Shown piece after piece: positions 39,032 to 47,921 of a stretch of DNA of 64,000 nucleotides. This DNA is from Planctomycetota bacterium. Its GTDB lineage: Bacteria; Planctomycetota; UBA1135; UBA2386. Both the position numbers and the translations under genes were made by a program. Position 1 is the stretch's first letter, and every line of letters begins with the position of its first letter. The notes beneath the pieces are model-generated. The model searched no databases. It had not been told where the DNA came from and saw nothing but the letters and a program-made list of their open reading frames with translations. The stretch covers positions 3,584,001-3,648,000 of the forward strand of contig OZ245006.1 in the NCBI GenBank assembly GCA_965223545.1. Reading direction: 5' to 3'.

Positions 39032-41098
39032 CTAGTTCGCGACTGTCACCTGCTCACCGGTCTCCGGGTCCACGGCGTACACCACCGGGACCCACGGATC
39101 CGACACCATGATCACCTCGCGCACCGTGTCGTACGCAATCGCCCGACTCGGACCCTGGCCGTAGACGCCCGGTCTCGAGCTCGCGCTCCAAGAGCGGAGC
39201 AGAGACCGATCGCCGGTGTTGAGGTCCACCGAGAGCAAGTCAAGCGGCCCCAGCACCTGCACGAGCACGTAGGCGCGTTGGCGCGCCGCGTCGAGTGCGA
39301 TCGATCTCGCGCCGCGGAGCGATGGGCCGGAGGCCGACGCCGGACTCGAGATGGTCGTGTCCGCTCCCGAAGGGAGGTGCACGGCGACCAACGCCTGGTC
39401 GCTGATTCCCAGGACGCGGGAACGTGCCGCGTCGAACACCATGGGCGAGAGACGCCCGCGGTAGGCGCCGATTGGCGTAATCATCCCGGTTCGGAAGTCC
39501 AACTCACCGAGCCCTTCTGGGGTGTGGAGGCTCGCAACGACGTGCCCGACTCGGGGCGAATCCGTGATCGCCGCCGCAATCGAGCCCACCAAAGAGGCGG
39601 CACGAAACGCAGCCCCGGTGGTCAGACTGACTTCGAGCCCACCTATGGTCCCGATCCCGTACAAATGGCTGCCGGAGCTGTCGAGCGCGACGGAAGTAGG
39701 GCTCGGGATGGGCAGGTTCCAGCTGGAAACGTGGCGGCGGGCTCCGGTGCCGTCGATCGTGGTCAAGACACCGTGCGCCAGGGACTGGAGCACCGGGTCG
39801 CCGACGAGAACGAGGAGTTGACGACGGACATCGAACGTCATCGCCGATGCTGCCGGCACAGGGACTCCCGATCCGACGGCAATGTGAGTGGACAACGCAG
39901 GGCCGACGTACGGTGCCTTCGGTTCGACGATCATGAACACGTCGCCATCCAACGTCGTCGACCAAGAAGCACCAAGCAGACGATCGAAAGCGACACCCCG
40001 CCCAGGAAGTCGCGAGTACCACTTCGGCGCTATCGAGCTCGCCCGAAGGTCGTACATGCTCACGGAACCGAACCACCCTTCATCGATCGCATAGAGACTC
40101 TGGCTCGCTTCGTCCAGGATGGCGCGGCGCGAGGCCGTGTCTTCGCCCATGTCGGTCCGGTCCCCGGTCTGGTAGTCGACCCAAGCAAGTTGGTACCGCC
40201 CGTAGTAGCCGAAGCCATTGTCGACGAGAAGCGAGGCTCGAACGCCAGTCTGGTCGGGGGCGACTCCAACGATCGTTCCGCTGAGTCCGCTGCCACGACC
40301 ACCGACGCCACTCTGGGAGATCAGCAGCGCCGCTCCCGAGGACGGGTCTACCGCCCAAAGCCCACCGGCCGCCGCCACGAGCAACCGGTTGTTCGCCGCG
40401 TCGAAGGCAAGGTCCGAGACCGCCGGCATGGACGGCCAACCGCCGTCGATGCGCAGCCGGTCTCCCGTCGCGGTATCGACCGCGTAGAGCACCGTTCCGA
40501 ACCGGCCGGCCACGTAGGCGGTGCGCCCATCGGAATGGACCGCCAGGGCGACAATCTGCTGGAGGGACTCACCCGAACCGCGACCATCATCGGCAACCAA
40601 CCGCCGTTTCCCCGAGCGATCCACCGCGACCATGCGGCCGATGTTGCTGGCGACGTAGTACCGCTGGTTCTGTGGATCCCATGAACCCGCGGTCGGAAGT
40701 CCGATCGTCACTTGGTGGTGCACGGTGATCGAGCTCCGTCCCAGCTCGTCGCCCGCGGCCGACAGCGCCACGGCTGTCAGGTGATTCGCGCCCTCGGACA
40801 GTGGGACTCTGGCGGACCACGTCGCGAAACCATCGGAACTCGTCGCCGGAGTGGTCGCACCGACGGTCTCGACGACGAGGGCCGCGGAGCCGGCAGGAGT
40901 CGTCGCCCCGCGGACGAGGATCGACTCTTCATCCGTGAGCGACTCGGCGAACGGGAAGACGAACTGCACCGTTCGCACAGGGGCGGGAACCGGCGGCGAG
41001 TGCGAGCGACCTCCTCGGTTACATCCCGACGCCAGGACTGTGGCGCCAGCGCAGACTGTTAGGAACGCTGTCCGCGACACCGAACTCGGCCAACCCAT
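39032..41098 (-). CDS. Putative lipoprotein with Ig-like and beta-propeller domains
   Basis: Lipobox LASGC, VPLSEGANHL Ig-like motif and repeated VD..TGDR blades. Start codon uncertain. Confidence 0.7.
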   Translation of the reverse strand: MGWPSSVSRTAFLTVCAGATVLASGCNRGGRSHSPPVPAPVRTVQFVFPFAESLTDEESILVRGATTPAGSAALVVETVGATTPATSSDGFATWSARVPLSEGANHLTAVALSAAGDELGRSSITVHHQVTIGLPTAGSWDPQNQRYYVASNIGRMVAVDRSGKRRLVADDGRGSGESLQQIVALAVHSDGRTAYVAGRFGTVLYAVDTATGDRLRIDGGWPSMPAVSDLAFDAANNRLLVAAAGGLWAVDPSSGAALLISQSGVGGRGSGLSGTIVGVAPDQTGVRASLLVDNGFGYYGRYQLAWVDYQTGDRTDMGEDTASRRAILDEASQSLYAIDEGWFGSVSMYDLRASSIAPKWYSRLPGRGVAFDRLLGASWSTTLDGDVFMIVEPKAPYVGPALSTHIAVGSGVPVPAASAMTFDVRRQLLVLVGDPVLQSLAHGVLTTIDGTGARRHVSSWNLPIPSPTSVALDSSGSHLYGIGTIGGLEVSLTTGAAFRAASLVGSIAAAITDSPRVGHVVASLHTPEGLGELDFRTGMITPIGAYRGRLSPMVFDAARSRVLGISDQALVAVHLPSGADTTISSPASASGPSLRGARSIALDAARQRAYVLVQVLGPLDLLSVDLNTGDRSLLRSWSASSRPGVYGQGPSRAIAYDTVREVIMVSDPWVPVVYAVDPETGEQVTVAN

Positions 41099-41168
41099 GG
41101 CCACCATAGTGGCCAATCATCCACCGGCCCGCGGCGTCTGCAGCAACCGTGGGCTATCGTCGGCGGCG

Positions 41169-41762
41169 ATGCCGAAATCGTCCGGGGAACCCGAGTGGCG
41201 CGCGCGGCTGCGACGCGCGCTGGCGAGCGGAATCGACGTTCCTGACGGCGAATGGGGTGTGTTCTGCCGCGACCTCTCGACCGAGACCTTCGCGAAGGGA
41301 GACCTGCTGTTCCGCGAAGGGCAGCTCCTCGACCGGGTCTACTTCCTGCTCGCGGGCATCGTCCGGTACTTCGCGCAGGGATCCGATCGCGAAGTGACGT
41401 TCGGGTTCGACTACGAGGGCCGGTTTTGCTCGGACTTCGATGGCTACTTCCGCGCGGCGCCGGCGAGGACCAGCGCCGAGGCGATGGAGGCCGTCGCCGC
41501 GGTCGCGATTCCCCGGGTGACGATGGAGGCCGCCTTCGAGCGCCACCCGTGCTGGGATCGGGTCGGACGCCACCTCATCCAGGAGATGGTGCTGCGGATC
41601 GTCGACAAAGAACGCCGGATCCGCATGTTGACCGCCGAGCAACGCTACCGGTTGCTCATCGAGCAGGACTCGCCGCTCGTACACCGGCTGCCACAGTACC
41701 ACCTCGCTGCGTACCTGGGCATCACGCCCGAGACGTTGAGTCGGATCCGGGCGCGCATCTGA
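41169..41762 (+). CDS. Crp/Fnr family transcriptional regulator
   Basis: cNMP-like domain (KGDLLFREGQ) and TAEQRY...LAAYLGITPETLSRIR. Confidence 0.95.
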   Translation: MPKSSGEPEWRARLRRALASGIDVPDGEWGVFCRDLSTETFAKGDLLFREGQLLDRVYFLLAGIVRYFAQGSDREVTFGFDYEGRFCSDFDGYFRAAPARTSAEAMEAVAAVAIPRVTMEAAFERHPCWDRVGRHLIQEMVLRIVDKERRIRMLTAEQRYRLLIEQDSPLVHRLPQYHLAAYLGITPETLSRIRARI

Positions 41763-41780
41763 CACGTCGCCCGGCGTGGA

Positions 41781-41798
41781 TCTTGATCCAGATCAAGA
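41781..41798. promoter_or_regulatory. FNR-type palindromic operator
   Basis: TCTTGAT-CCAG-ATCAAGA contains a perfect TTGAT-N4-ATCAA box. Confidence 0.75.
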
Positions 41799-41822
41799 CG
41801 GCCGCCGCTAGGGTCGCCCGCG

Positions 41823-43229
41823 ATGAAAACGATCACGACCCTCGCGCTCGTTGGGGCAACTCTCGGGGCGACTGCGCGCGCGCAGCAACCGTGGCAGCAG
41901 CTGCGGGATCCGGTCGCCGCCGGCTGGGACGCCGCTGCGCTCGACGCTGCGCGCGGGCTCGCCGAGGAAGCCGGTTCCGCCGCGGTCATGGCCGTGCACC
42001 GTGATCAGGTCGTCGTTGCGTGGGGTGACGTCGAGCGGCGCTTCAAGTGTCACTCGGTGCGCAAGAGCATCCTGAGCGCGCTCTACGGCATCGCGATCGA
42101 GCGCGGCCTCGTCGACGTGACGCAGTCCCTCGCCGACCTCGGCATCGACGACCTCGACCCGCTGTCGGAGACCGAGAAGTCGGCCCGGGTCGAGCATCTT
42201 CTCGCGGCACGGTCGGGCATCTATCACCCCGCCGCGAAGGAGCCCCAGGACATGAAGCGCAACCGGCCTGCCCGTCACGGTCAGCCACCGGGAGAGCGGT
42301 TCCACTACAACAACTGGGACTTCAACGCGCTCGGGGTGATCTTCAACCGCGAAACCGGAATCGACCTGTTCGCTGCGTTCGAGGACTGGCTCGCCCGTCC
42401 CCTCGGCATGCAGGACTTCCGCCGCGGGGACGGCACCTACGAGCTCGAGCCCAGCAACTCCCGCCATCCGGCCTACGCGTTTCGTCTCTCGGCGCGCGAC
42501 CTCGCCCGGTTCGGCTGGCTCTATGCGCGGTCCGGCACACTCGGCGATCGCGCCATCGTGCCGTCCACCTGGATCGCGCGCAGCACGGCGCGAGTGACGG
42601 AGTTCGACAACGGTCAGGGCTACGGCCACATGTGGTGGGTGTACCCGCAGGGCACGCTGCCCCGACTCTCCGCGCTCAACCAACACGACGTCATCGCCGC
42701 CATCGGCACCGGCGGCCAAGTCGTCATGGTCGTCGAAGGCGCCGACTTCGTCTTCGTGCACCGGGCGGACACCGACAACGACCGGAGGGTGCGCGGCGGC
42801 GACGTCTGGCAGATCGCCGACCGGATCTTCGGTGGGCGACCGAGCAGCGAGGCCAGCGCCCCCGTCGCGCTGCAGCCGATCACCGCGCAGCCACTGCCCG
42901 GCGCGCTGCCCGCCCCGCGGATGCGCGAGTCGATGGCGGTCACCGCGGCGATTCTGCAAGAGCTCGCCGGCACCTATCTGATGGGCCCCTTGGGTCGGTG
43001 CGAGGCCCACTTGCACGACGGTCGGCTGTTCGTTCGCACTCCGCTCGGCCAGGAGACCGAGCTCTTCTGCGAGGCCGAGGACCGCTGGTTCTCGCGCACC
43101 TCGAACATGACCGTGACCGTGCTGCGCGACGAGGAGGGTCGCGTCGAAGCCATGGAGCTCGAGATGATGGGCCGGCGGATCAAGGGCGAGAAAGAGCGGC
43201 CCGCATCGCCGCGTGCTCCGGTCCGGTGA
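41823..43229 (+). CDS. Secreted serine hydrolase (beta-lactamase-like)
   Basis: HSVRKS, YNNWDFN and SARDLARFG motifs; signal peptide. Confidence 0.9.
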   Translation: MKTITTLALVGATLGATARAQQPWQQLRDPVAAGWDAAALDAARGLAEEAGSAAVMAVHRDQVVVAWGDVERRFKCHSVRKSILSALYGIAIERGLVDVTQSLADLGIDDLDPLSETEKSARVEHLLAARSGIYHPAAKEPQDMKRNRPARHGQPPGERFHYNNWDFNALGVIFNRETGIDLFAAFEDWLARPLGMQDFRRGDGTYELEPSNSRHPAYAFRLSARDLARFGWLYARSGTLGDRAIVPSTWIARSTARVTEFDNGQGYGHMWWVYPQGTLPRLSALNQHDVIAAIGTGGQVVMVVEGADFVFVHRADTDNDRRVRGGDVWQIADRIFGGRPSSEASAPVALQPITAQPLPGALPAPRMRESMAVTAAILQELAGTYLMGPLGRCEAHLHDGRLFVRTPLGQETELFCEAEDRWFSRTSNMTVTVLRDEEGRVEAMELEMMGRRIKGEKERPASPRAPVR

Positions 43230-43812
43230 GGCGCTCGAGCCGGCCGGGGTCGACCGCGGCACCCCGCTCCACCAGCAGGCGCGCCACCGCCGGCAGCCGA
43301 TCGCGATCGCCGTGCGTTCCCTCGTGCCAGGCGTGCAACGCCCACTCGAGCGGCGTGCAGTCGTACTTCTCGTCGGCGAGGCCGAGGTCCGCGCCGGCAT
43401 CGACGAGCCGCGCGCCGAGCTCCGACAGGCCCATCAGGGCAGCCCAGTGGAGCGCCGTTGCGCCGAACAGGCCGCGCCGCGCGACGTCCGCACCGGCGTC
43501 GAGCAACACCAGCCCGACGCTCTCGGCGCCGAGGCTCGCCGCGGCGATGAGAAACGTGTCGCCGCTCTCGGCGTAGTCGAGGTCGGGGTCGACGCCGGCG
43601 CCGAGCAGGACCTCGGCGAGCGCGCGCGCCCGCTCCTGGTCGACGAAGCGCCCAAAGACGGCGTCGCAGACGACGTGCAGCGGCGGGAGCCGGTGCGGGC
43701 TGCCGTGTTCGAGCCCGATCGGCTCGTGGGCGCTCTTCGGATCGGCCGCGACCAGCGCCCGCAGCGCCTCGACGTCGCCCTCACGGATCGCCTTGCCCAC
43801 CGTATCGGTCAT
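43180..43812 (-). CDS. Ankyrin repeat protein
   Basis: PPLH, TALHWAA, TPLEWA and LLDAGADV. ATGA overlap with rtcA. Confidence 0.85.
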   Translation of the reverse strand: MTDTVGKAIREGDVEALRALVAADPKSAHEPIGLEHGSPHRLPPLHVVCDAVFGRFVDQERARALAEVLLGAGVDPDLDYAESGDTFLIAAASLGAESVGLVLLDAGADVARRGLFGATALHWAALMGLSELGARLVDAGADLGLADEKYDCTPLEWALHAWHEGTHGDRDRLPAVARLLVERGAAVDPGRLERLTGPEHAAMRAALSRP

Positions 43813-44852
43813 GGACCCAGTGCATCGGCCCGCACCGTCGTGCGCCAGCGTCCCGCGCCATTCTCGGCGAAATCGATCGTGGCCCCGGTGAACGCGGCCA
43901 AAACCGCGGCGTTGGTGCGGCTGTGCTCGGTCGGCGCGACGCACGAGAACTCGCCGCCGCCGGCGAGCACCATCGGCACCAAGAGCTGGTCGGCGAGGTG
44001 CGGTCCGACCGCCGCCTGGCTGCCGAGGTAGGCCCGCGCCTCCTGCGCGGCGGCGTGCGCGACGCGCTCGGCCGCGCGGCCCTTCTGGCCGAAGCCGGTG
44101 CACACCTCAGTCACGTGCTCGCTCTCGATCTCGACGTGCACGACATTGCCGGGCCCGGCCGACAACGGCTCCTCGTGCTGGCGGAGTTGTGGCGACCAGG
44201 GGGCGAGCTTGCGGCCGAGGACGTTGAGCTCGCGCTGGGCGATGGCGATCGGGAGGTGCGCGACCGTAGCGCGGCCGCGCACCGCGATCAGACCGCCGCG
44301 GTCGAGCAGCTCGAGCGGACGCAGCGGCTGCGGCGTGACTCTCACCACGAGGCTGCCACCCCCCGCCGGATAGAACCCGGCCCGTTCGATCTCGGCGTCG
44401 ACCGACGCGCCCATCCGACGCAGCAGGGGAAGGAACGTACGGTCGAGGAAGTCGAACGGCGGCGCGAACGGGTTGTGCGTGCCACCCTCGAGCCGCACGA
44501 CGCTCGGTCCCTCGGCGATCAGCAGCGCCGGCAGCACGGTCTGCAGAACGAGCGTCGTGCTACCGGCGGTGCCGACCGCGAAGTGGTACTCTCCACCGCG
44601 AGGCGGCCCCGGCGTGAACGCCAGCGCGCGGGCGCCGAGCGCCGCGCCGGTCACCGTGCCGCGACACACCTCGGCGGCCGCGCGCACCGCGGTCAAGTGC
44701 TGGCGCATGAGGCCGGGCTTTCTGCGGCCCTGGCGGATGGCGTGCAGCGAGCACGGCTGTCCGGTGCAGATCGCCATGGCGAGCGCCGAGCGGACGATCT
44801 GTCCGCCGCCCTCGCCCTGGCTGCCGTCGATCGTGATCATGGCGCGCGTCAT
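43809..44852 (-). CDS. rtcA: RNA 3'-terminal phosphate cyclase
   Basis: IDGSQGEGGGQ, PGLMRQH, GFYPAGGG and HLADQL. Confidence 0.97.
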   Translation of the reverse strand: MTRAMITIDGSQGEGGGQIVRSALAMAICTGQPCSLHAIRQGRRKPGLMRQHLTAVRAAAEVCRGTVTGAALGARALAFTPGPPRGGEYHFAVGTAGSTTLVLQTVLPALLIAEGPSVVRLEGGTHNPFAPPFDFLDRTFLPLLRRMGASVDAEIERAGFYPAGGGSLVVRVTPQPLRPLELLDRGGLIAVRGRATVAHLPIAIAQRELNVLGRKLAPWSPQLRQHEEPLSAGPGNVVHVEIESEHVTEVCTGFGQKGRAAERVAHAAAQEARAYLGSQAAVGPHLADQLLVPMVLAGGGEFSCVAPTEHSRTNAAVLAAFTGATIDFAENGAGRWRTTVRADALGP

Positions 44853-46069
44853 CCCTTCACGCAGACGACCTGGCGCAGCGTGTGCACGATGTCCACCAGC
44901 TCGGTCTGTGCCGCCATCACCGCGTCGATGTCCTTGTAGGCCATCGGCGTCTCGTCGATCACGGCGGCGTCCTTGCGGCACTCGATGCCCTCGGTAGCGG
45001 CGATGTGGTCCTCGAGCGAGAACTGCTTCTTGGCCTTGGTACGCGACAGCCTGCGGCCCGCCCCGTGGCTGCAGGAGTGGAAGCTCTCGGCGTTGCCCTT
45101 GCCGCGCACGATGAACGACCGCGCTCCCATCGACCCGGGAATGATGCCGAGCTCGCCGGCCGCTGCGCTCACGGCGCCCTTGCGAGTCACGTACACGTCT
45201 TCGCCGTAGTGCTCCTCGCGTTGCACGTAGTTGTGGTGGCAGTTGACCGCAAGCTCGGTGGTCGTGAACGCCGGCAGCTCCTTGCTCTGCGCCATCGTCT
45301 CCAAGATCGCGGCCATCATGACGTCGCGGTTGGTCCGCGCGTACCGCTGCGCCCAGTCGACCGCGAAGACGTAGTCGTCGAAGTGCTCCGCGCCCTCCTC
45401 GAAGTAGGCCAGGTCCTTGTCGGGCAGGTTGCTCATGTGCCGCTTCATGTCCTTCTGCGCGAGCTGGATGAAGTGCATGCCGATGCGGTTGCCGACGCCG
45501 CGCGAACCGCTGTGCAGCATCACCCACACGCGATCGGCCTCGTCGAGGCAGACCTCGATGAAGTGGTTGCCCGTGCCGAGCGTGCCGAGCTGGGCGTAGT
45601 GCCGGCCTCGATCCAGCCGTGGGTGCTTGGCGATGATCTGCTCATAGCCGGGGCGCAGCTTGCGCCACACCTGCTCGACGCGCGCGGGCGGACTGGCCCA
45701 TGAGCCTCGGTCGTTGCGGCCGCCGCGATGCGTGCGACCGTGCGGCACCGCCCGCTCGATCGCGGCGCGCAGTCCCTTCAACGACTCCGGCAGGTCACTG
45801 GCGTCGAGACTGGTGCGCACCGCCATCATCCCGCAACCGATGTCGACGCCGACGGCTGCCGGGATGATCGCGCCCTTGGTCGGGATCACGCTGCCCACCG
45901 TGGCGCCGATGCCGACGTGCACGTCGGGCATGGCCGCCACCCACTTGTGGATGAACGGCAGGGAAGCGACGTTGCGCAGCTGCGCGATCGCCTCGTCCTC
46001 GGCGGGCACGCCGTGGATCCAGGCCTTGATCGGGGCGCCGTCGGTCTTGATGCGCTGGTAGTCGGTCAT
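44849..46069 (-). CDS. rtcB: RNA ligase RtcB
   Basis: MPDVH, GVDIGCGM, GTGNHFIE, HSGSRG, CHHNY, IPGSMG, SHGAGR and YKDI. Confidence 0.98.
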   Translation of the reverse strand: MTDYQRIKTDGAPIKAWIHGVPAEDEAIAQLRNVASLPFIHKWVAAMPDVHVGIGATVGSVIPTKGAIIPAAVGVDIGCGMMAVRTSLDASDLPESLKGLRAAIERAVPHGRTHRGGRNDRGSWASPPARVEQVWRKLRPGYEQIIAKHPRLDRGRHYAQLGTLGTGNHFIEVCLDEADRVWVMLHSGSRGVGNRIGMHFIQLAQKDMKRHMSNLPDKDLAYFEEGAEHFDDYVFAVDWAQRYARTNRDVMMAAILETMAQSKELPAFTTTELAVNCHHNYVQREEHYGEDVYVTRKGAVSAAAGELGIIPGSMGARSFIVRGKGNAESFHSCSHGAGRRLSRTKAKKQFSLEDHIAATEGIECRKDAAVIDETPMAYKDIDAVMAAQTELVDIVHTLRQVVCVKG

Positions 46070-46109
46070 GGTAGTGCTCGTGGTTGGTGCAGGATGCACG
46101 GGCGGTAGA

Positions 46110-46125
46110 GCAGCTGCCGTGCCGA
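46110..46125 (-). promoter_or_regulatory. Sigma-54 promoter of rtcBA
   Basis: Minus strand TCGGCACGGCAGCTGC fits -24 GG / -12 GC spacing. It lies 41 nt upstream of rtcB, next to a bEBP gene. Confidence 0.75.
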
Positions 46126-46228
46126 CCGCCGTCGGTTTCCCCAAGTCTCGGCACGAAGGTGAGTTGGAGCCAGGCCCGCGAATGGCGAGGACAGCCCAAT
46201 CTGATCGATTTGTATAGTGTTTATCTAT

Positions 46229-47875
46229 ATGGATCATCCCCGGCCCGTGACGGTGTTCGGCTTCCTCGGCACCCAGGTAGACCAGGGCTTCCGCGAAGAC
46301 CGGTGGGAGCGCTGGCGCCCCACGGTCGCGCTTTGCCAGCACGAGGACCTGCTGGTGGAGCACTTGGTGCTGTTCTCCGAGCGCGTGCGCGACCGCAAGC
46401 TCTGCGCGCAGGTGACGGACGACATCGCCCTGGTGTCGCCGGAGACTCGGGTCGAGCGGATCGAGCTCGAGCTGCGCAACCCGTGGGACTTCGAGGAGGT
46501 GTACGAGGTCCTGCACCGGTACTGCACCGGCTTCCCGTTCGACCCCGAGCGGCACACCTACCTGCTGCACATGACCACGGGCACGCACGTGACCCAGATC
46601 TGCTCGTTCTTGCTCGCCGAGACGCGGCACTTCCCGGCCTCGCTGCTGCAGACCGTGCCGCCGGGCCGCGATGCGCGCAGCCGCGGCGCCGCCGGCAGCT
46701 ACCAGATCATCGACCTCGACCTCTCGCGCTACGACCGCATCGCGCAGCGTTTCGCCGACGAGCATGCGCAGGGCCAGGCGCTGCTCAAGTCCGGCATCGC
46801 GACGCGCAACGAGGCGTTCAACGACCAGGTGCGGCAGATCGAGCAGGTGGCGCTGGCCTCCAGCGCGCCGATCCTGCTGCTGGGACCGACCGGCGCCGGC
46901 AAGTCCCAGCTCGCGGCGCGCATCTACGCGCTCAAGAAGCAGCGCCACAAGACGGCGGAGCGGTTCGTCGAGGTCAATTGCGCCACCCTGCGCGGCGACC
47001 AGGCGATGGCGGCGCTGTTCGGCCACGTCAAGGGCGCGTTCACCGGCGCGCAGCGCGACCGGCCCGGTCTGTTGCGCACCGCCGACGGCGGCATCCTGTT
47101 CCTCGACGAGATCGGTGAGCTCGGCCTCGACGAGCAGGCGATGCTGCTGCGGGCCCTCGAAGAGGGCAAGTTCTTGCCGGTGGGCGCGGACCGTGAGGTC
47201 GAGAGTCGTTTCCAGCTGGTCGCCGGCACCAACTGCGATTTGGGCGAACGCGTCGCCGCCGGCACCTTCCGCGAAGACCTGCTAGCGCGCATCAATCTGT
47301 GGACGTTCCGTCTGCCCGGGCTGGGCGAGCGCCGCGAGGACATCGAGCCCAACGTCGACTACGAACTGGCGCAGTTCGCCGCGCGCGAGGGGCGCAAAGT
47401 CGCCTTCAGCCGCGAAGCCCGCGCGCGCTACCTCGCCTTCGCGACCGGTCCCGAAGGACACTGGCGCGGCAACTTCCGCGACCTCAACGCCAGCGTCACG
47501 CGGCTCGCCACCCTGTGCCGCGGCGGCCGCATCACGCGGACCGACGTCGACCGCGAGTTGGCGCGGCTGCGCGCAGACTGGCGGCACGCGGCTGGCCCGG
47601 CCGACGCCGCCACTGCGGATGCGGCCCTGCTGCGTGGACTCCTCGGCGACGAGGCGGTCGCGGACCTCGATCTGTTCGACGTCGTGCAGCTCGCCGAGGT
47701 CGTGCGCACGTGCCAGCGGAGCCCGACCCTCTCGGCCGCCGGGCGTATCCTGTTCGCGGCTTCGCGCCGCGCGCGCAGCAGCACGAATGACGCCGACCGC
47801 GTGCGCAAGTACCTGCGCCGATTCGGCCTCGACTTCGCGGCCGTCAACCGCGCGCCGGCGCAACCCGGCCCGTGA
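46229..47875 (+). CDS. rtcR: Sigma-54 enhancer-binding regulator RtcR
   Basis: RWRPTV, PWDFEEVY, TTGTHV, GPTGAGKS, GAFTGA and NDADR. Divergent from rtcB. Confidence 0.97.
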   Translation: MDHPRPVTVFGFLGTQVDQGFREDRWERWRPTVALCQHEDLLVEHLVLFSERVRDRKLCAQVTDDIALVSPETRVERIELELRNPWDFEEVYEVLHRYCTGFPFDPERHTYLLHMTTGTHVTQICSFLLAETRHFPASLLQTVPPGRDARSRGAAGSYQIIDLDLSRYDRIAQRFADEHAQGQALLKSGIATRNEAFNDQVRQIEQVALASSAPILLLGPTGAGKSQLAARIYALKKQRHKTAERFVEVNCATLRGDQAMAALFGHVKGAFTGAQRDRPGLLRTADGGILFLDEIGELGLDEQAMLLRALEEGKFLPVGADREVESRFQLVAGTNCDLGERVAAGTFREDLLARINLWTFRLPGLGERREDIEPNVDYELAQFAAREGRKVAFSREARARYLAFATGPEGHWRGNFRDLNASVTRLATLCRGGRITRTDVDRELARLRADWRHAAGPADAATADAALLRGLLGDEAVADLDLFDVVQLAEVVRTCQRSPTLSAAGRILFAASRRARSSTNDADRVRKYLRRFGLDFAAVNRAPAQPGP

Positions 47876-47921
47876 CGCCGATTTCGCGGGACGCGGCGTT
47901 CCCGAGGGCAAAATCAACACC

